Shown here in pieces: positions 56,406 to 60,027 of a DNA stretch of 60,027 nucleotides. This stretch comes from Planctomycetota bacterium. Its GTDB lineage: Bacteria > Latescibacterota > UBA2968 > UBA8231. Within the stretch, counting starts at the first letter, position 1. Each line of letters begins with the position of its first letter. Made by a program: the position numbers and the translations under genes. Location of the stretch: assembly GCA_047616505.1 (NCBI GenBank), contig JBLHGI010000001.1, forward strand, positions 1 to 60,027. The letters run 5' to 3'. The notes beneath the pieces are model-generated. The model did not search any database. It was given only the letters and a program-made list of their open reading frames with translations, and was not told the DNA's origin.

Positions 56406-57473
56406 TTAGTTGTCCAGCGTTTGCCAAGAGCTTGGGTCGAGGCCCAGACCTAAACCCGCCTGGCCGATGCGCTGCCACGTGGTGTCGTCGATGGGAATTC
56501 CCTCGGCCTGGCGCTGGCTGGCCGAGCGGAACTCCGGCTCGCCGGGCAGCAGAATCTCCCCTATGCGTGGGTCGATGCGACTCGTGTGGACGTGGGCGAT
56601 GAACGTTTCCAACTCGTCAAAATACGCCTCGCGATCGGTGAAGTGGTCGATATTATACGCGGTGATGCACAGCCCATTGCTCTGCATTACGGTCGCGCCG
56701 GCGGCACAACCCTGGCCGCTGAGTGCGCCGCCTAGTATTTCAACTATAAAACTCAGACAATACCCCTTGTAGGCAAAGGGCCCGCCCAACGGCAACATGG
56801 CACCCGGCGGTTTACCTAAGTAGGCCTGCGGGTCGGTAGATGGATTGCCCTCGGCATCGATGATACACCCAGCGGGCAAGGGGACGCCTTTGTTGGATGC
56901 CACGCGTATTTTGCCCTCGGCACAGACGGACGTCGTCATATCGACGAGAATGGGATCGGCGTTGCGCCGAGGTGCGGCAAAGGCGATGGGATTGGTGCTG
57001 AGTTTGCCATCGAGTCCGCCGTAGGGAGTGATCTGGCGTCCTAGGTTTCCCGCGTTGCAAAAGACGAGGCCGATCTGTCCCTGGCGGGCGATTTGCAGCG
57101 GATAGGCGCCGACGCGGCCGACGTGGCTAGTATTGCGCAGTGTCACGGTCGCCACGCCGTACTCGCGCGCCTTGTCGGCCGCTAACTGGGTGGCAAAGGC
57201 GCCGCCGATCTGGCCTAAGGCGCCGCCGCCATTTACGGTAGCGGCACAGGGGCGATCCGTTTCGACGTGTGGTTGGCCCTTCGGGTCAAAGATGCCGTCT
57301 TGAATGTGGCGAATATATTCGTAGATGCGAATCTGGCCGTGCGAGTCGTGGCCGTAGAGTGAAGAGTCTACGAGGTGGTCAACGACTGTGCGCGCATCCG
57401 TTGGCGAACAGCCAGCTTTTTCGAAAAGCTCATAACCGATGCGGCGCAGTTCGTCGGCGTCTACTCTGGGCAT
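56406..57473 (-). CDS. Ldh_2 family (malate/L-lactate/sulfolactate dehydrogenase-like) oxidoreductase
   Basis: SSLYGHDSHGQIRI motif, about 355 aa, typical of the family. Confidence 0.8.
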   Translation of the reverse strand: MPRVDADELRRIGYELFEKAGCSPTDARTVVDHLVDSSLYGHDSHGQIRIYEYIRHIQDGIFDPKGQPHVETDRPCAATVNGGGALGQIGGAFATQLAADKAREYGVATVTLRNTSHVGRVGAYPLQIARQGQIGLVFCNAGNLGRQITPYGGLDGKLSTNPIAFAAPRRNADPILVDMTTSVCAEGKIRVASNKGVPLPAGCIIDAEGNPSTDPQAYLGKPPGAMLPLGGPFAYKGYCLSFIVEILGGALSGQGCAAGATVMQSNGLCITAYNIDHFTDREAYFDELETFIAHVHTSRIDPRIGEILLPGEPEFRSASQRQAEGIPIDDTTWQRIGQAGLGLGLDPSSWQTLDN

Positions 57474-57507
57474 GGGGGCTCCTGTTGGGTTGGGAAAATG
57501 CGTTTTT

Positions 57508-58308
57508 TTAGGCGTTTTTTAGCACATTATCTATCTCATCGCTCCACGTGCCCTCCACGCGTACGCCATATTCACTCAGGCCACCGGTGGCATCGGGTCC
57601 GGTTAGCAGCGGTTTTTCGTCGGCTAATCGCGCTTCGGATACATAGTCGCGATGCAAAAAATGAAAGGCCATACCGGCGCGCTCGTCCTCGGTTTTGTTG
57701 GCTTTGGTCGAGTGTGCGGTACCATAACAGAAAAAAGCTACGCCGCCCGCGGCTAGCTCGATGGGCACGGCGCGCTCTTCGGGCACACTGCAATAGATGT
57801 GATGGTTGGAGTTGGGATCGCGGCTGTGTTCGTATTGTTCCTCGTGCGAGCCGGGCACGACGTGGATGGTGCCATTGGCCACGGTCGCGTCGTGTATGGC
57901 GATCCACATGGCGGTGCCGCGCAGTGGGTCGCGTATCTTAAAATAGGCGTTGTCCTGGTGCCAAGAGGTGCCCACGCCATGCTGGCCGGGTTTGAGAAAC
58001 ATTTGGTCCAGGTGCAAGAGGGTGGGAGTGCCGATGAGCTGGGTGATGGCCTCTCTGACGCGCTCGTCGAAGGGCAGGGCGCGAATTAGGTCGCTCTTGT
58101 CGTAGAGGGGTATCAGCTGCAGGTTGGCTTTGGTATCTGAAAGGGTTTCGCCATCGCCTTCGGTGGCTACGTTGCGCACGAGGCCCTCGCGTTTGAATCG
58201 CTCGACTTCGGCTTGTAGTGCCTGAACTTCGCGTGGGTCGAAGAAGGCGGGGGCAGTGGTATAACCCTCCTGTTGGAATTGGGTTATTTGTTGGTCGGTT
58301 AGTGGCAT
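57508..58308 (-). CDS. PhyH family dioxygenase
   Basis: LTDQQITQFQQEGYTTAPAFF, TSWHQDNAYF (HxD), VVPGSHEE and YGTAHSTKAN. Confidence 0.85.
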   Translation of the reverse strand: MPLTDQQITQFQQEGYTTAPAFFDPREVQALQAEVERFKREGLVRNVATEGDGETLSDTKANLQLIPLYDKSDLIRALPFDERVREAITQLIGTPTLLHLDQMFLKPGQHGVGTSWHQDNAYFKIRDPLRGTAMWIAIHDATVANGTIHVVPGSHEEQYEHSRDPNSNHHIYCSVPEERAVPIELAAGGVAFFCYGTAHSTKANKTEDERAGMAFHFLHRDYVSEARLADEKPLLTGPDATGGLSEYGVRVEGTWSDEIDNVLKNA

Positions 58309-58347
58309 GGGTTTGGGTGCTCCCTAGGCTGCTGGTGGACGGTCTGC

Positions 58348-60012
58348 TCAATAGTTTTTTTCCGCCGCTGGTTCCTGCAAGTCGTTCGGCAGTACAATCC
58401 TCATGGTAGTGCCTTTGCCGATCTCGCTTTCCGCTTCCATACGGCCTCGGTGTTGGCGCATGATATTATAGCATATGGACAGTCCTAAACCCGTGCCAAC
58501 ACCGACGCCCTTCGTAGTAAAACCAGGGTCGAAGATGCGCTCCAGGTGTTCTGGTGCAATGCCCTTGCCGGTATCTGTCACCTCTATTTTGACCTCGCCT
58601 TCTTCAAGGCGAGTGCGCAGCGTGATTTTACCCGAACCATCGATGGCCTGCGCGGCGTTGTTTATGATGTTCATAAAGACCTGATTGAGCTGGTTGGCGA
58701 AGCAGTTGATCTGCGGCAGGTCGCCGTATTCTCGTATCACTTCAATGCGATTTTTTATGACGTGATCGAGCAACGTTAGCGTGCTGTCGAGCCCTTCGTG
58801 TAAGTCGGTACTTTGGAACTCGGCCTCGTCGAGACGCGCAAAATTGCGCAAGCTACGCACGATGCGTCCAATGCGCTCGCTGGCCATGACAGCCACGTCG
58901 TTGTTGCGGCTGAGTACTTCGAGTGCGCGGCCCAAGCGCTTCTCGTCGGCCAGTGTATCGGCGTGTTTTTCGAATGCGGTGCGCACGATTTCTATAGAGC
59001 GTGCAGAGGTGTTAGAGGCGCTGTTGATGGCGCCGATGGGGTTGTTGATCTCGTGGGCGACACCGGCCACTAAGTTGCCGAGTGAGGCCATTTTCTCCTG
59101 CATGATCAGCTGTTGTTGTGCCTCTTGTAATTTCCTGAGCGTTTCTTCGAGGTCGCTGTTTTTTTCGGCCAATGTGCGGTTGGCCTGGCTGACCTCTTCT
59201 TGGCGATCGCGCAGGGCGATGGTCATTTGGTTAAAAGAATGGGCTAGGTTGCCGATCTCATCGCTGCTGCCAATTTCTAGCCTCACGCCGGTATCGCCTT
59301 CGGCTACGCGCTGGGCCGCCTGCTCTAATTCTTGCACTGGCACGGCGATATAGCGCACCAACCAAGCGCCAATAAAAGCAGATAATAGCACGGTGGCCAA
59401 GAGCAGGGTCGAGGTAAAGGCGCGGGTGGCGCGAAAGGCCGTCTCGGCGCGCTGGGCTGCCGCCAATGTATTGTCGCGGTTGGCGCGAACTAATGCCTCT
59501 AAATCGGCACTGAACTCGGCGTAGATACGGCCCATATCGCCGTTGAGTAGGTCGAGGGCTTGTTGGCGTTCGTTTTTTAGCGAGAGGCGAAAGAAGTCGA
59601 CGAAGAGTTCTTGGTAGGCATCCCATCTGCCGTCGAAAGCGGCATAGAGCTGTGCTTCTTTTGGGCCGTAGAGGTCGTTGGCCTCGGCGCGCTGTCGCAG
59701 ATCGGCGTAGGTGTCGAGACTGTTGTTGATGCGGTCGATGAGTGCGACCATGCGGTCGGCGCGCAGCTGTTTTTCTTCTTCGCTGGTAGCGACGGCGTGC
59801 TGCAGTTGCTCGGTGCGCAGGGCGGCCGTGCCGAGATTGGCTTCGGCGATGGCCATGGCGCGCGGTAGCCAGCTATTGCTGATGCGATCGATCTCGTCCT
59901 TGATGGCGGACATGCGGTTGATGGAGTAGAAATGCACCACAGCCGCAATGAGTAGGATAGAACCGAAGCCGATGCTCTGTTTGACGCCGAGTCGCAGGTC
60001 GCGGAAGCGCAT
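58348..60012 (-). CDS. Sensor histidine kinase (TM - four-helix-bundle sensor - TM - HAMP - HisKA - HATPase)
   Basis: N-terminal TM plus an MCP-like 4HB region, a second TM (LLLATVLLSAFIGAWLV), HAMP, H-box GVAHEINNPIG, N-box NIINNAAQA and G-boxes DTGKGI / GTGLGL. Confidence 0.9.
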   Translation of the reverse strand: MRFRDLRLGVKQSIGFGSILLIAAVVHFYSINRMSAIKDEIDRISNSWLPRAMAIAEANLGTAALRTEQLQHAVATSEEEKQLRADRMVALIDRINNSLDTYADLRQRAEANDLYGPKEAQLYAAFDGRWDAYQELFVDFFRLSLKNERQQALDLLNGDMGRIYAEFSADLEALVRANRDNTLAAAQRAETAFRATRAFTSTLLLATVLLSAFIGAWLVRYIAVPVQELEQAAQRVAEGDTGVRLEIGSSDEIGNLAHSFNQMTIALRDRQEEVSQANRTLAEKNSDLEETLRKLQEAQQQLIMQEKMASLGNLVAGVAHEINNPIGAINSASNTSARSIEIVRTAFEKHADTLADEKRLGRALEVLSRNNDVAVMASERIGRIVRSLRNFARLDEAEFQSTDLHEGLDSTLTLLDHVIKNRIEVIREYGDLPQINCFANQLNQVFMNIINNAAQAIDGSGKITLRTRLEEGEVKIEVTDTGKGIAPEHLERIFDPGFTTKGVGVGTGLGLSICYNIMRQHRGRMEAESEIGKGTTMRIVLPNDLQEPAAEKNY

Positions 60013-60027
60013 GTGCTAGCTCAGGGA

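Noticed and set aside
1-60027. Search for canonical mobile or defence content: transposases, integrases, CRISPR-cas, restriction-modification, toxin-antitoxin, retron RT, tRNA or rRNA
   Set aside because: I found no such motifs in any frame of the ORF track or in the intergenic regions I read. This window cannot be presented as carrying a known defence island.

Overview
This is a 60-kb chromosomal window, roughly 55-60% GC by eye, and it is densely coding. I found no rRNA, tRNA, CRISPR array, transposase, integrase or recognisable phage or defence genes.

The backbone consists of:
- a complete yejABEF-type peptide ABC importer with two tandem binding proteins, followed by nei;
- typA and a DEAD-box helicase;
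- bcp and a radical-SAM (SPL-like) gene;
- an accessory-looking set of catabolic genes: seven phytanoyl-CoA-dioxygenase (PhyH) paralogs, a Cys-type sulfatase, DUF1080, ThuA, Gfo/Idh/MocA, a UxuA-like protein, an enolase-superfamily enzyme, DUF362, a CocE/NonD hydrolase and a Kelch-propeller::Na+/solute-symporter fusion.

This gene content resembles marine PVC- or Poribacteria-like heterotrophs. That is a low-confidence inference.

The most interesting points are:
1. A block of about 1.46 kb, AT-rich (about 37% GC by hand count), is bracketed by a 111-bp direct duplication of a PhyH 3' end. Its single gene fuses a cNMP-binding domain to a methylglyoxal synthase that looks catalytically intact.
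2. A sensor kinase/sigma54-activator locus sits next to a phased TGAGACAT repeat array and a TGGCAT-N5-TTGCT promoter that drives a 77-aa tail-anchored microprotein. A second identical-type promoter lies upstream of an MFS gene and two membrane-anchored coiled-coil genes.
3. A perfect Cheo-type LexA box lies inside a TTGATA-N17-TATAAT promoter of an apparently leaderless radical-SAM repair-like gene.
4. An orphan block encodes a 3x CCCH zinc-knuckle protein and a 621-aa protein with no motif I can recognise.
5. There are at least four short gene relics (SDR, ECF sigma, GrpB, histidine kinase).

All functional calls rest on motif recognition by eye. No searches were run.
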